From assembly GCF_009914755.1 (NCBI RefSeq), contig NC_060947.1: 64,000 nucleotides of DNA; one strand, given 5' to 3'. Source of the stretch: the human T2T-CHM13v2.0 reference genome, Homo sapiens. This document shows, in pieces, positions 15,685-42,567 of the stretch (position 1 is the stretch's first letter; every line of letters starts with the position of its first letter). Under the pieces are notes generated by a model. The model was not told where the DNA came from and did not search any database. It saw only the letters and a list, made by a program, of their open reading frames with translations. The position numbers were made by a program, and so were the translations under genes.

Positions 15685-16180
15685 TTTTAAAACATGAATT
15701 TATTCAGCCCATAATTCCAGAAGTTGCATAAATGAAAGAGTTAAAAAACAGCAGAGACTGTATCTGTGTGGTATAGGCTTTAAGAGCAATGACAGCTCAA
15801 GAAATAGGAGCGAGCAATGTAGGGAAGGAAAAACTATGAGCTGTTTTATTAGATATGTGAGTCTAAAATTTAGATGAGTGTTATTAAAGGAGAAAAGGTA
15901 TCAAAGGTATGAAGATCATACTTGAGGAAATTCCCAGAGAAAGACTTTAATATAGATAATGCAATACAATCAGGAAATAGTTATCTGATGATTAATTTTT
16001 AAAAATATTACTTTTAGTAGACTGTTATGCAGTAAAATGGGACAATAGTGGTCACAGACTTAATAAAGATTAAACTAAGTGACCAAAAAGGTGATTATGC
16101 AGTAAAATGAAAGAATAGTGGTAACAGACTGTTAATAAGGATTAAATTAAGTGATCAATTAAGTAATTATTAAATAATTA
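15685..16180 (-). other. L1 3' transduction (unique sequence between the L1 3' end and a second poly(A), inside the TSDs)
   Basis: Minus-strand AATAAA at 15699-15704 and poly(A) remnant at 15680-15688. TSD at 15669-15684 and 21945-21960. Confidence 0.8.
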
Positions 16181-21944
<5,764 letters not shown>

Positions 21945-23125
21945 AATTGTCTATCTTTTTGATCCACTTTTCAGCCAGGAAACTACACCAACTGTTAGAG
22001 CCCTTTCTAACTCCCCAAGCTGCAACATTCAATACAGAATTTCTACTTGGTGGTCACAAATGAACAAATTCAGCCTGATGCAACTTTATATTTCTTCCAC
22101 CTCCATTTCATACCTTAATATGCATTCCCAGAAAAGTGCCCTGAATATCTACTTGTATCAATTAGAAAACTTAGGTTTATTTTTGAAGTGTGAAGTACTC
22201 CTTCATGGGTCACACTTTATTCCATACATTTAAGGATCTGCTGGAACTTGATTCTATTTATGGATCTAGAAGCAAAGTTGGGTGGTGACGGTTGGTCCCA
22301 AGGAGAATCAGCATTGTCATGCTTGGAAACTGCCTCTATGGAGACTATTATCATTCCATTAGACAGAAGTGGAAAGGCCAATACCACTATGAGTGGGGAC
22401 AGTGCTACTACTGGGAGATTGAAAGGCTACTTCCACCGGCAAAACAACAAAACAAAACAAAACAACAACAAAAAAACACTTCATTAAAATTTAAAAGCTC
22501 AATGTCTCTTGCGTCATTGAGTTTTTCTATGCATCACCATCTCAATTTACATGATCCCATTTTTTCCCAGTCTGTGACTCACTTTCACATTAGATACCCT
22601 GAGAGGCTGGCATTTAAACTCTCTTTGTAATTCAGGAAATTCCATGATAAGAACATGTGTTTGATTTTCATTATGTTCAGTCCTGTGGCTACAGGAGATA
22701 AGCTTCTCTCTCAGAGCATAGCTTAAAGCTCTTAGGTCATTTGTGCAGTTCCTAAGGTAGGAATTCAAATCCCTGAGCTCATCCTTTAATTTTTTAATCA
22801 CTTTGTCCATTGACATTAGGAGAAACCAACCAATGTCATTATATTTCTTAGTTTTCCACAAATGTTCAAAAGTATTATATACAGAGTCACTAAATTCCTT
22901 GACTCTTATATGTGGTTGATTAGAACTATAAAATAGTAATATTTTGCATATGTCTATTGACGGATCACACCATGGATTATTACTGCTCTCTATATGATCT
23001 TGAATAGGGAGTCCTTAGCATTTTAAAATCTAACCAAATTAGTAAATTCCAGAAACTCTAAAGCCAATTCAGGAAACTTATCCTTAAAATTTTGTTGCTC
23101 TAGAACCACTTCTGGTACCAAAATC
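21945..23125 (-). mobile_element. ERVL internal region, 5' part (leader and gag)
   Basis: ORF 22547-22861 (WKTKKYNDIGWFLLMSMDKV...DELRDLNS) is ERVL gag-like. Leader TTTTGGTACCAG abuts the LTR. Confidence 0.85.
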
Positions 23126-23631
23126 TGTATTATTCATGGTTCTTCAGAGAAACAGAATGAAAAGTAGATATATATAAGAAAGAAGTTATTATGGGAATTG
23201 GGTCATGTGATTATGGACATGGAGAAGTCCCACAAAATATCATTTGCAAGTTGGACAACCAGGGAAGTTTATGCTATAGCTCAGTCCAATTCTGAAAGCC
23301 TGAGACACTGGGGGGACACAGTTTCAAGTACCAGAGTCTGAAGGCTGAAAAATGTAGAGTTCTGACCTCCAAGCATACAAGAAGTTGGGTTTCCCTGCTC
23401 AAAAAAGAGAGATAAGTTTGCCTTTCATCTGCCTTTTTGCTATATTTGGGCCGCCAACCAATAAGATGATGCCCACCCACATTTGGTGAGGATAGATTTT
23501 CCTTAGTCCATTTATTTAACTTCCAATCTCTTCTGGAAACACACTCACAGACATAAAAAGGAATAATGCTTTACCCACTACGTTGGTATCTCTTAACTTA
23601 GTTAAGTTGATGCTTACAACTAACCAGTACA
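23126..23631 (-). mobile_element. MLT2-type 5' LTR of the ERVL provirus
   Basis: TGTATT...CAGAGAAACAGAA at one end and GTTAAGTTGA...TAACCAGTACA at the other. TG...CA termini. Confidence 0.85.
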
Positions 23632-23839
23632 GTGATCATCTCTGACCACTGGCCATGACTATCTTTAGCACTCAGTGAGTTGCCATGTGCCTGAAACCAC
23701 TCTCTTCATATAAACTTTTCTCATATTCTTATTTAGAGTTCAAGCCCCTACTCACTATAAGATACCTAGAAGGAAGCAAAAAAAAAAAAATCAGTAAATA
23801 TGACAGCAATATTTACATCTCAGAGAAGTAATCTTTTTA

Positions 23840-23919
23840 TTAGGTCAGTGCAAAAGTAATTGCGATTTTGACACTACTTTAGATGACAATAACTGCAAAT
23901 TACATTTGCACCAAACCAG
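23840..23919. mobile_element. MADE1 (Hsmar1-derived MITE)
   Basis: ~80-bp imperfect palindrome TTAGGTCAGTGCAAAAGTAATTGC...GCAAATTACATTTGCACCAAACC in a TA context. Confidence 0.85.
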
Positions 23920-24003
23920 TAATTTGTGGAATGGTTTGTCTTCTTTATTGCAATCTTCCCATTCAAGACTGAGCTTGGAAACTTGTTCTTGTAGAATTAA
24001 ATT

Positions 24004-24005
<2 letters not shown>

Positions 24006-24054
<49 letters not shown>

Positions 24055-24378
24055 ATATGTATATATGTATGTGTATATGTGTGTGTATATATATATATAT
24101 ATATCTTAGACAAGATCTTGCTCTGTGGCCCAGGCTGGAGTCCAGTGGTGCAATCTTAGCTCAGTGCAACCTCCATTTCCTGGGCTCAGGTGATCCTCCA
24201 ACCTCAGCTTCCTGAGAAGCTGGGACTACAGGCCCACACCCAGTGAATTTTTTTGTTTTTAGTAAAGATGGGGTTTTGCTTGTTGCTCAGGTGGGTCTTG
24301 AACTCCTGGGCTCAAGTGATCTGTCTGCCTCAGCCTCCCAAAGGGTTGGGATTACAGGTGTGAGCCACCACAACCAGC
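24006..24378 (-). mobile_element. AluJ whose tail has become a ~100-bp (TA)n/(TATG)n microsatellite
   Basis: AluJ features (GGGCTCAAGTGATC). TSD ATTAAATTAT at 23996-24005 and 24379-24388 encloses the microsatellite at 24007-24104. Confidence 0.9.
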
Positions 24379-24492
24379 ATTAAATTATTTTTCTAAATCA
24401 AAAAAAAATTCCACTCAGAAACATTTTGTAATCCTTTGTGGATATGGAATGAATATTAAACATGCTAATGTAAACGACTGAATATAGTTTAT

Positions 24493-31152
<6,660 letters not shown>

Positions 31153-31269
31153 TGATTATTTAATATAGTTTATAAAATGCAAGACTATAGAAATATGGAA
31201 CAAAAATATTAAAAATTATGAATATACATAAAACAAGGCTACATGAAGAGATTTTTAAAGTTTCTGAAT

Positions 31270-32323
<1,054 letters not shown>

Positions 32324-32364
32324 TAGGTATAATCCCTGAGATAATAATAATTTACTCTGTCAAA

Positions 32365-32490
32365 ATGTATTAGTTTAAAGCCTACTATGTCACAATTGCT
32401 GTATCAAGTACTGGGAGTATAATGATGAGTAAAATAACAGTCAATGTAGCTTATAGTATAACATGGAGGGAAGATAATTAAACAAGATAT
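32365..32490 (-). mobile_element. L2 3'-end remnant
   Basis: gcctactatgt...tactgggagtataatgatgagtaa...gcttatagtata resembles the L2 3' end. Confidence 0.45.
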
Positions 32491-32883
32491 AAAACATGGC
32501 TGAATTCAGGTGCTAAAATTATACACTCAGAGATCTCACATCTTTTAGTTCACTTTTTCACTGTTCACTTTCTGCCAGGCTGTCTCTTTGTAGTGAGAAA
32601 GAGGACACCTGCAGCACCTTCAGGATTATATCACATTAAGCTCACACACTAAGGAGAAGAAGCAATCTCTTTCCCAATATTCCATATTAATTGTTTAAAT
32701 AATACTGTTGTTGATCCTGCTTGGATTGCATACCATTCATGAATTCATGAATCCACCAGAGTGGGTGATCTGATTGGTCAGCCTAAGGCTATGAAATTAC
32801 CATTATGGAAAGAAGAGTTCAGTTTCAGTATCTTGATTGACGACTTCACCAAGTCATTGGTAAATGGGTAAAGAAGGATTTCT

Positions 32884-33081
32884 TTTTTTAAAATTTTACT
32901 TTAAGTTCTGAAATACATGTGCAGAAAGTGCAAGTTTATTACATAGGTATACATGTGCCATGGTTGTTTGCTGCACCTCTCAACCCATCATCTAGGTTTT
33001 AAGCCCCACCTGCATTAGGTATTTGTCCTAATGCTCTTTCTCCTCTGGCCCCCACTTCCCGACTGGAAGCCATCATTCTCT
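32884..33081 (-). mobile_element. Short L1PA8-10-like 3' end with a tiny 5' inversion and 16-bp TSD
   Basis: TSD GTAAAGAA(G/T)GATTTCT at 32868-32883 and 33082-33097. Inverted piece CTGGAAGCCATCATTCTC at 33063-33080. Confidence 0.88.
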
Positions 33082-33139
33082 GTAAAGAATGATTTCTAAA
33101 AGGAAAATACACAATGCAGCTTAAGAAGTAACAAATGGA

Positions 33140-34603
33140 GAAGTAATTTTAGCAGGATAGCACAGTAGCATGTTTAACACTAGCATCCTCCCACAGTAAT
33201 AAAAATTTGGCAACCATTCACAAAGAGAAGTGCCCTTTTTGTAGCCTTGAGTCCCAGTTAGAATGTTGCAAAACCCCAGTGGATCCCAAGACTGAGGAGG
33301 GCTGTTTGAGAGAACAGGCTTGCACCCAGGTGGTAGGCTCACCAACCATGGTCTCACCTACCGACCCAGAAATGACATTTTCCTCAAGTGGACTTGATTA
33401 TAACATGATTTGGGTCTGTTGCTGCCACCAGAACCACCTGCTAAGAGACCTGGGAAGAGTCACACTCACTATGCCTTGGATGACAGGCCTGCCAAATCTT
33501 GTCCCAGCTGTGAACTCTAAAATGGCTCTGTAACCCAGCTCCATCTCCTCTTGGCCATCATCTACAAGTAGTCTTTCTTGCTCAGGGATGTGCAGGGTGT
33601 CATGCCTGTCCATGTCCCCAGAAGCAGTCTTGTAGATTTCAGTCCTACAGCAGATCCCCAAACGAATATGTTACTTGGCTTCAGATTCTTTCTTCTGCTG
33701 TTTAAGAGCAGTGTTGCCTGACCAGGGACCTTCCAGAAGACACCACTGCTCAAAGCCAGGCCCAATGACCTCAATGCCCTTGTGCAGTACAAAGCAGTTC
33801 TGTAATCCAGCTCCATTCTCTCCAGCCACAGAGAATAAGTAATCCTGTTGACTCAAGGACCCACCAGAGATGTACTTTTTAGTTTTTTTGGAGACAGACC
33901 CAGTGACCTCAATCCAACTACAGATTATGAAACAGCCTTGTGTCATGGCTTCAGCTCTGCTAAACCATGGTCTGGGACCAGTTCTGTCTATTCAGTGACC
34001 CACCCAGTGTCCCAGAAATATGCCTCCTGGGGGCCCAGAGGGAGTCATATCTATCTACACAACTGATAACAGGCCTACTGTGAACCCAACAGCAGCTGCA
34101 TGACACAGCTCTAACTCCACTTAATTTCAGTCTCAGAGGAAAATCCATCATAAAGGGACCTAAGGTCTTTACCTGGTAAAATCAGTCAGTAATGACTGGA
34201 ATAGGAGTTTTCTCCTTCAAATGAACAGGCACCAATGCAAGGCTACACAAAGAAGAATCAGACAAACATGACACACTTGAAACAAAATAAAACAATAAAA
34301 CCAATAAACCTCCAGTAATTGACCCAAAAAAATTGAGATCTATGAATTGCCTGTCAAAAATTCAAAACAATAATCTTAAAGAAGCTCACTGAGATGCAAG
34401 AAGACACAGATAGGCAACTAAACAAAATCAGGAAAACAATGCATGAAAAAAATGAGTTTACTGAATATATACCATTTTACAAACCACAAGAAGAAATCCT
34501 GGAGCTGAAGAATACAATAACAGAACTAAAAATACAATAAGAGAGATTCAATGGCAGAGTCAATTGTGCATAATAAAAAATCAATGAACTCAAAGGTCAT
34601 TTA
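33140..34603 (+). mobile_element. Old L1M 5'UTR and ORF1 N-terminal remnant
   Basis: ORF1-like gagatctatgaattgcctg...aatcttaaagaagctcactgagatgcaag...gaaatcctggagctgaagaatacaataac. Confidence 0.75.
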
Positions 34604-34727
34604 AAGGTACAAGAGATTTTGGATTACATGGATGAATCACATAGTGGTGAAGTCTGAGATTTTAGTGCACTTATCACCCGAGTAGTGTACTTTGTACTCA
34701 ATATGTAGTTTTATATCCCTCCCTCCT
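34604..34727 (-). mobile_element. L1PB-like 3'-end fragment
   Basis: ttacatggatgaat...tagtggtgaagtctgagattttagtgcac...atcacccgagtagtgtac. Confidence 0.75.
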
Positions 34728-34731
34728 TTAC

Positions 34732-35266
34732 TTTTTAATGTAATACTGTTTATTTAACTTCAAAAACATTTCAGCATTCTAAACATACAAAAAATGGAAC
34801 GTTGCAAATCATGTTTAAGTACAGAAGGCTTTTGAACTTTCATTGATTATGTGGCTCTTCACTTTGCTGACAATGAAGAGTTCTACAGTTTGTTTAAAAA
34901 CTACCACACTTAATTAAAATTAAATAAATAAATAAACCAAAATAAAACTTCTCATGCAAGTTGACACCCTCTCTGTCCACAGATAAGATGGCAGCAAAAT
35001 GCTATATCACTATATACAGAAATAAGACAACCTGAGACTAAAGGGATGCCCACTGCAGAGTCAACAGGTCCAGCCTCCTTGTGGATACCCTGAGCTACAG
35101 CACCTCCAAAAAGCATCTTCTCCACAACCTCAATGCCAAACAAGCAAGGAGCATCAAGAGTTTGTCTTGGTTCTTTTGTTCTTTTTACAAACCATAGATA
35201 TATACAGTTGATAACTCAGGATTTCTAGCCAATAACCATATAGTTAACAGCACCTTACAAAAAAAA
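34732..35266 (-). pseudogene. HMGB1: Processed retrocopy fragment of the HMGB1 distal 3'UTR (no coding sequence)
   Basis: Reverse complement reads CTATATGGTTATTGGCTAGAAATCCTGAG...AAACAAACTGTAGAACTCTTCATTGTCAGCAAAG...GAAGTTAAATAAACAGTATTACATT, which I recognise from memory as the HMGB1 3'UTR. It ends just after AATAAA (34749-34754). Confidence 0.75.
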
Positions 35267-38200
35267 GTGTGGGAGATCTGGCAAGACGGCTGAATAGGAA
35301 CTGCTCCAGTCTGCAGCTAACAAGACCAACACAGAAGGTGGGTGATTTCTGCATTTCCAACTAAGGTACCCAGTTCATCTCAGTGGGACTGGTTAGGAAG
35401 TGGATGCAGCCCATGGAGGGCAAGCAGAAACAGGGTGGGGCATCGCCTCACCCAAGAAGTGCAAGAAGCCAGGGTGCTCCCTCCCCCAGCCAAGGAAAGC
35501 CATAAGGAACTGTGCTATCTGGCCCAGATACTACAATTTTCCCACTGTTTTTGCAATATGCAGACCAGGATATTCCCTAATGTGCCTACACAACCAGAAC
35601 CCTGGGTTTCAAGCACAAAATTTGGCAGCTGTTTGGGCAGACACTGAGCTAGCTGCAGGAGTTTGTTGTTGTTGTTGTTTTCATACCCCAGCAGTGCCTG
35701 GAACCCCAGTGAGACAGAACGGCTCACTTCCCTGGAATGAGGGTTGAAACTAGGGAGCCAAGTGATCTTGCTCAGCAGGTCCCACTCTCACAGAGCTCAG
35801 CAAGCTGAGAACCACTGATTTGAAATTCTCGCTGCAAGCACAGTAGTCTGAAGTCGACCTGGGATGATCAAGCTTAGTAGGGGGAGGGGTGTCCACCATT
35901 ACTGAGGCTTGGGTAGGCGATTTTCCCCTGACAGTGCTAAGGGGGCTGGGAAGTTAGGACTGGGTGGAACTCGCCATAGCACAGCAAGGAGGTTGTGGCC
36001 AGACTGCCTCTCTAGATTCTTCCTCACTGGGCAGGCCATCTCTGAAAGAAAGGGAGCAGCCCCAGTCAGGGGCTTATAGATAAAACTTCCAACTCTCTGG
36101 GACAGAGCAACTGGAGGAAAGAGTGGCTGTGGGTGCAGCTTCAGTGGACTTAAACTCTTCTGCCTGCCAGATATGAAGACAGCAGCAGATCCTAACAAGG
36201 AGGATTCTCCAAACACAGAGCTTGAGCTCTCCTAAGGGACAGACTATCTCCTTAAGTGGGAACCTGACTCCCATGCCTCCTGACTAAGAGACATCCCAGC
36301 AGGGGTCAATAGACGCTTCATACAGAAGAGCTCTGGCTGGCATCAGGCAAGTGTCCCTCTGGGAAGAAGCTTCCAGGGGAAGGAGCAGGCAGCAATCTTT
36401 GCTGTTCTGCAGCCTTTGCTGGTGATACCCAGGCAAACAGGATCTGGAGTGGACCTCAAGAAAACTGCAGCAGACTTGCAGAACAGGGGCCTGACTGTTA
36501 GAAGAAAAACTAACAAACAGAAAGCAATAACATCATCATAAACAAAAAGGACACCCACACACACAAAAACGCCATCCAAAGATCATCAGTCTCAAAGATC
36601 AAATGTAGATGAATCCACAAAGATGAGAAAAAAAGAGCACAAAAATTCTGAATATTTAAAAAACCAGAATGCTTCTTCTCCTCCAAAAAATTGCAACTCC
36701 TCACCAGCAAGGGCACAAAACTAGACAGAGAATGAGTTTGATGAATTGACAGAAGTAAGCTTCAGAAGGTGGGTAATAACAAATTCTTCCGAGCTAAAGG
36801 AGCATGTTCTAACCCAATGCAAGGAAGCTAAGAACCTTGATAAAAGGTTACAGGAATTTCTAACTAGTATAACCACCTTAGAGAAGAACATAAATGACCT
36901 GATGGAGCAGAAAAACACAGCACGAGAACTTCGTGAAACATACACAAGTATCAATAGACAAATCAATCAAGCAGAAGAAAGGATATCAGAGATTGAAGAT
37001 TAACTTACTGAAATAAGGCATGAAGACAAGATTAGAGAAAAAAGAATGCAAAGGAATGAACAAAGCCTCCAAGAAATATGGAACTATGTGAAAAGACCAA
37101 AGCTCCTTTTGATTGGTATGCCTGAAAGTGATGGGAAGAATGGAACCAAGTTGGAAAACACACTTCAGGAAATCATCCAGAGGAACTTCCCCAAACTAGC
37201 AAGACAGGCCAACATTTAAATTCAGGAAACACAGAGAAGTCCACTAAAATATTCCTCGGTAAAAGCAACCCCAAGACACATAATTGTTAGATTCTCCAAG
37301 GTTGAAAAGAAGGAAAAAATGTTAAGGGCAGCCAGAGAGAAAGTCAGGTTACCCACAAAGGGAAGCCCATCAGACTAACAGCAGATCTCTCTGCAGAAAC
37401 CCTACAAGCCGGAAGAGACTTGGGGCCAATATTCAACATTCTTAAAGAAAAAATTTTCAACCCAGAATTGCATATCCAGCCAAACTAAGCTTCATAAGCA
37501 AAGGACAAATAAAATACTTACCAGACTAGCAAATGCTGAGAGATATTGTCACCACCAGACCTGTCTTACAAGAGCTCCTGAAGGAAGTAATGAATATGAA
37601 AATGAAAAACCGGTACCAGCCACTGCAAAAACACACCAAAATATAAAGACCCAAGACACTATGAAGAAACTGCATCAACTAATGTGAAAAATAACAAGCT
37701 AGTATCATGATGAAAGGACCAAATTTACACATAACAATATTAACCTTAAAGGTAAATGGGCTAAACGCCCCAATTGAAAGACACAGGCTGGCAAATTGGA
37801 CAAACATTCAAGACCCATTGATGTGGTACATTCAGGAGACCCATCTCACATGCAAATACACACACAGGCTAAAAATAAAGAAATGGAGGAATATGTACAA
37901 AGCAAATGGAAAGTAGAAAAAGCAGAGGTTCAAATCTTAGTCTCTGATAAAACAGACTTTAAACCAGCAAAGATCAAAAAAGGCAAAAAAGGGCATTACA
38001 TAATGATAAAGGGATCAATGCAACAGGAAGAGCTAACTATCCTAAATATATGTGCACCCAGTACAGGAGCACCCAGATTCATAAAGCAAGTTCTTAGAGA
38101 CCTACAAAAAGACTTAGATTCCCACACAATAATAGTGGGAGACTTTAACGCCCCATCGTGAATATAAGACAGATCAACGAGAGAGAATATTAACAAGGAT

Positions 38201-38779
38201 ATTCAGGACTTGAACTGAACTCTGGACCTAGTGGGCCCAATAGACATCTACAGAACTCTCCACCCCAAATCAAAAGAATATACATTCTTCTCAGCACCAC
38301 ATAGCACTTATACTAATATCAACCACATAATTAAAAGAACACTCCTCAGCAAATGCAGAAGAATAAAAATCATAACAAACAGTCTCTCAGACCACAGTGC
38401 AATCAAATTAGAACCTAGGATTAAGACAGTCACTCAGAACTGCACAACTACATGGAAACTGAACAACCTGCTTCTGAATGACTACTGGGTGAATAGCGAA
38501 ATTAAGGCAGAAATAAAGATGTTCTTTGAAACCAATGAGAACAAAGAGACAAGGTACCAGAATCTCTGGGCAGAGCTAGAGCAGTGTGAAGAGGGAAATT
38601 TAGGGCACTAAATGCCAACATCAGAAAGTGGAAAAGATCTAAAACTGACACCCTAACATCACAATTAAAAGAACTAGAAAAGCAAGAGCAAACAAATTCA
38701 AAAGCTAGCAGAAGACAGGAAATAACTAAGATCAGAGCAGAAATGAAGGAGACAGAGACATGAAAAACACTTCAATAAA

Positions 38780-38884
38780 TTTTATTATACTTTAAGTTTT
38801 AGGGTACATGTGCACAACGTGCAAGTTAGTTACATATGTATACACGTGCCATGCTGGTGCGCTGCACCCACTAACTCGTCATCT
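38780..38884 (-). mobile_element. ~105-bp L1PA2-like 3' tip inserted antisense into the L1PA8 ORF2
   Basis: GTTAGTTAC...GCTGGTGCGCTGCACCCACTAACTCGTCATCT carries young-L1 diagnostics with intact CpGs. Confidence 0.9.
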
Positions 38885-40577
38885 TGAAGAGATTAACAAA
38901 ATAGACGGACCACTAGCTAGACTAATAAAGGAGAAAAGAGAGAAGAATCAAATAGACACAATATAAATGATAAAGGGAATCCAAATACTGATCCCACAGA
39001 TACAAACAACCATCAGATAATACTGTAAACACCTCTATGCAAATAAACTAGAAAATCTAGAAGAAATGGATAAATTCTTGAACAAATACACCCTCCCAAG
39101 ACTAAACCAGAAAGAAGTCAAATCCCCTAATAGACCAATAAGAAGTTTTGAAATTGAGGCAGTAATTCACAGCCTACCAACCAAAAAAATCCCAGAAACA
39201 GATGGATTCACAGCCAAATTCTATCAGAGGTACAACAAAGAGCTGGTACCATTTCTTCTGAAACTGTTCCAAACAATAGAAAAAGAGGGACTCCTCCCTA
39301 ACTCATTTTATGAGGCCAGCATCATCCTGATACCAAAACCTGGCAGATACACACAAACAAAAAGAAAATTTCAAGTCAATATCCCTGATGAACATCGATG
39401 TGAAAATCCTCAATAAAATACTGGCAAACTAAATACAGCAGCAATCAAAAAGTTTATCCACCATTATCAAGTTGGCTTTATCCCTGGGATGCAAGGCTGG
39501 TTCAACATAAGCAAATCAATAAATGTAATTCATCACATAAACAGAACCAATAACAAAAAACACATGATTGTTTTGATAGGTGAAGAAAAGTCCTTCGATA
39601 AAATTCAATATCTCTTCATGCTAAAAACTCTCAATAAGCTAGGTATTGATGAAACATATCTCAAAGTAATATGAGCTATTTATGACAAACCCATAGTCAA
39701 TATCATACTGAATGGGAAAAGCTGGAAGCATTCCCCTAAAAAACTGGCACAAGACAAGGATGCCCTCTCTCACCACTCCTATTCAACATAGTATTGGAAG
39801 TTCTGGCCAAGGCAATCAGGCAAGAGAAAGAAATAAAGCACATTCAAATAGGAAGAGAGGAAATAAAATTGTCTTTGTTTGCAGATGACATGATTATGTA
39901 TTTAGAAAACCTCAACGTCTCAGCCCAAAAACTTCTTAAGCTGATAAGCTGATAAGTAATTTCAGCAAAGTCTCAGGATACAAAATCAATGTCCAAAAAT
40001 CACAAGCATTCCTATACACCAACAATAGACCAACAGAGAGCCAAATCATGAGTGAATTCCCATTCACAATTGTTACAAAAATACCTAGGAATAAAATTTA
40101 CAAGGGATGTGAAGGACCTCTTCAAAGGAAACTGCAAACCACCGCTCAAGGAAATAAGAGAGGACACAAACAAATGGAAAAACATTTCATGCTCATGGAT
40201 AGGAAGAATCAATACTGTGAAAATGTCCATACTGCACAAAGTAATTTATAGATTCAATGCCATTATCATCAAGCTCCCAGTGAATTTATTTGCAGAATTA
40301 GGAAAAACTACTTTAAATTTCATATGGAACCAAAAAAGAGCCTGTATAGACAAGATAATCCTAAGCAAAAAGAATAAAGCTGGAGGCATCACACTACCTG
40401 ACTTCCAAATATACTACAAGGCTACAGAAACCGAAACACCATGTACTGGTACCAAAGCAGATATATAGACCAATGCAACAGAACAGAAGCCTCAGAAATA
40501 ACACCACACATCTACAACCATCTGATCTTCAACAAACCTGACAAAAACAAGCAATCAGGTTGAAGATTCCCTATTTA

Positions 40578-40887
<310 letters not shown>

Positions 40888-42270
40888 AATAAATGGTGCT
40901 GGGAAAACTGGTTTGCCATATGCAGAAAACAGATACTGGACCCCTTCTTTATACCTTATACAAAATTTAACCCAAGATGGATTAAATACTTAAGAGTACA
41001 ATCCCAAACCGTAAGAACCCTAGAAGAAAACCTAAGCAATACCATTCATCACATAGGCATGGGGAAAGACTTTGTCACCAAAACACCAAAAGCAGTTGCA
41101 AATAAAAAGCCCAAATTGACAAATGGGATCTAATAAACTTAAGAGCTTCTGCACAGCCAAAGAAACTATCATCAGAGTGAACAAGCAATCTTCAAAATAG
41201 GAGAAAATTTTTGCAAGCTACCCATCTGACAAAAGTCTAATATCCAGAATCTACATGGAACTTAAACGAATTTCAAGAAAAAAAACAAACCACCCCATCA
41301 AATTTTGGGTGAAGTATATGAACAGACACTTCTCAAAAGAAGACATTTATGTGGCCAAGAAACATATGAAAAAACAAAGCTCATCATCACTGGTCATTAG
41401 AGAAATGCAAATCAAAACCACAATGAGATACCATCTCATGCTAATTAGAATGGCAATTATTAAAAAATCAGGAAACAACAGGTGCTCACGAGGCTGTGGA
41501 GAAATAGGAAAACTTGTACACTGTTGGTGGGAGTGTAAATTAGTTCAATCATTGTGGAAGACAGTGTGGCAATTCCTCAAGGATCTAGAAACAGAAATAA
41601 CATTTGACCCAGCAAGTAAATCATTCTACTATAAAGACACATACAGATGCATGTTTATTGCAGCACTATTTACAGTAGCAAAGACTTGAAACCAACTCAA
41701 ATGCCCATCAATGATAGACTGGATAAAGAGAATGTGGCATATATACACCATCGAATACTATGGGGCCATAAAAAAGGAATAAGATCATGATTTTTGCAGG
41801 GGCATGGATGAAGCTGGAAGCCATCCTCAGCAAACTAACACAGGAACAGAAAACCAAACACCACATGTTCTCACTCATAAGTGGGAGTTGAACTATGAGA
41901 ACACATGGGCACAGGGACGGTAACATCACACACTGGGGCCTGTCGGGGGGTAGGGGGCAAGGGGAGGGAGAGCATTAAGACAAATACCTAATGCATGTGG
42001 GGCTTAAAATCTGGATGATGGGTTGATCGGTGCAGCAAACCACCATGGCACGTGTATAACTATGTAACAAACCTGTACATTCTGCACATGTATCCCAGAA
42101 CTTAAAATAAAAATAAAAGAAAGTATTATCTCCTTGTCTATTTTTTGAAAGAGTTTGAGTAGAATTGGTATTAGTTCTAAAACAAATGTTTAGTAAAATT
42201 CAGCAGTGTAGCTATTGAGTCCTGTGCTTTTCTTTGCTGGAAAACTTTTTACTATGGCTAAAATCTTATT

Positions 42271-42567
42271 TTTTTTTTCTTTTTTGAGACAGAGTCTCAC
42301 ACTGTTTCCTAGGCTAGAGTGTAGTGGCACAATCTTGGCTCGACGCAACTTCTGCCTCCCAGATTCAAGCATTCCCCTTGCTTCCGCCTCCTGAGTAGCT
42401 GGGATTACAGGCGCACATCACCACGCCCAGCTAATTTTTGTATTCTTAGTGGAGATCAGGTTTCACCATGTTGGCCAGGCTGGTTGTGAACTGCTGGCCT
42501 CAAGTGATCCACCCACCTTGGACTCCCAACGTGCTGGAATTAGAGGCATGAGTCACTGTGCCCGGCC
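42271..42567 (-). mobile_element. Alu (S-type)
   Basis: Dimeric Alu. TSD AATCT(T/C)ATT. Confidence 0.94.

Noticed and set aside
32500-32860. Possible MLT1-type LTR remnant
   Set aside because: Only scattered short motifs, too diverged to support by eye.
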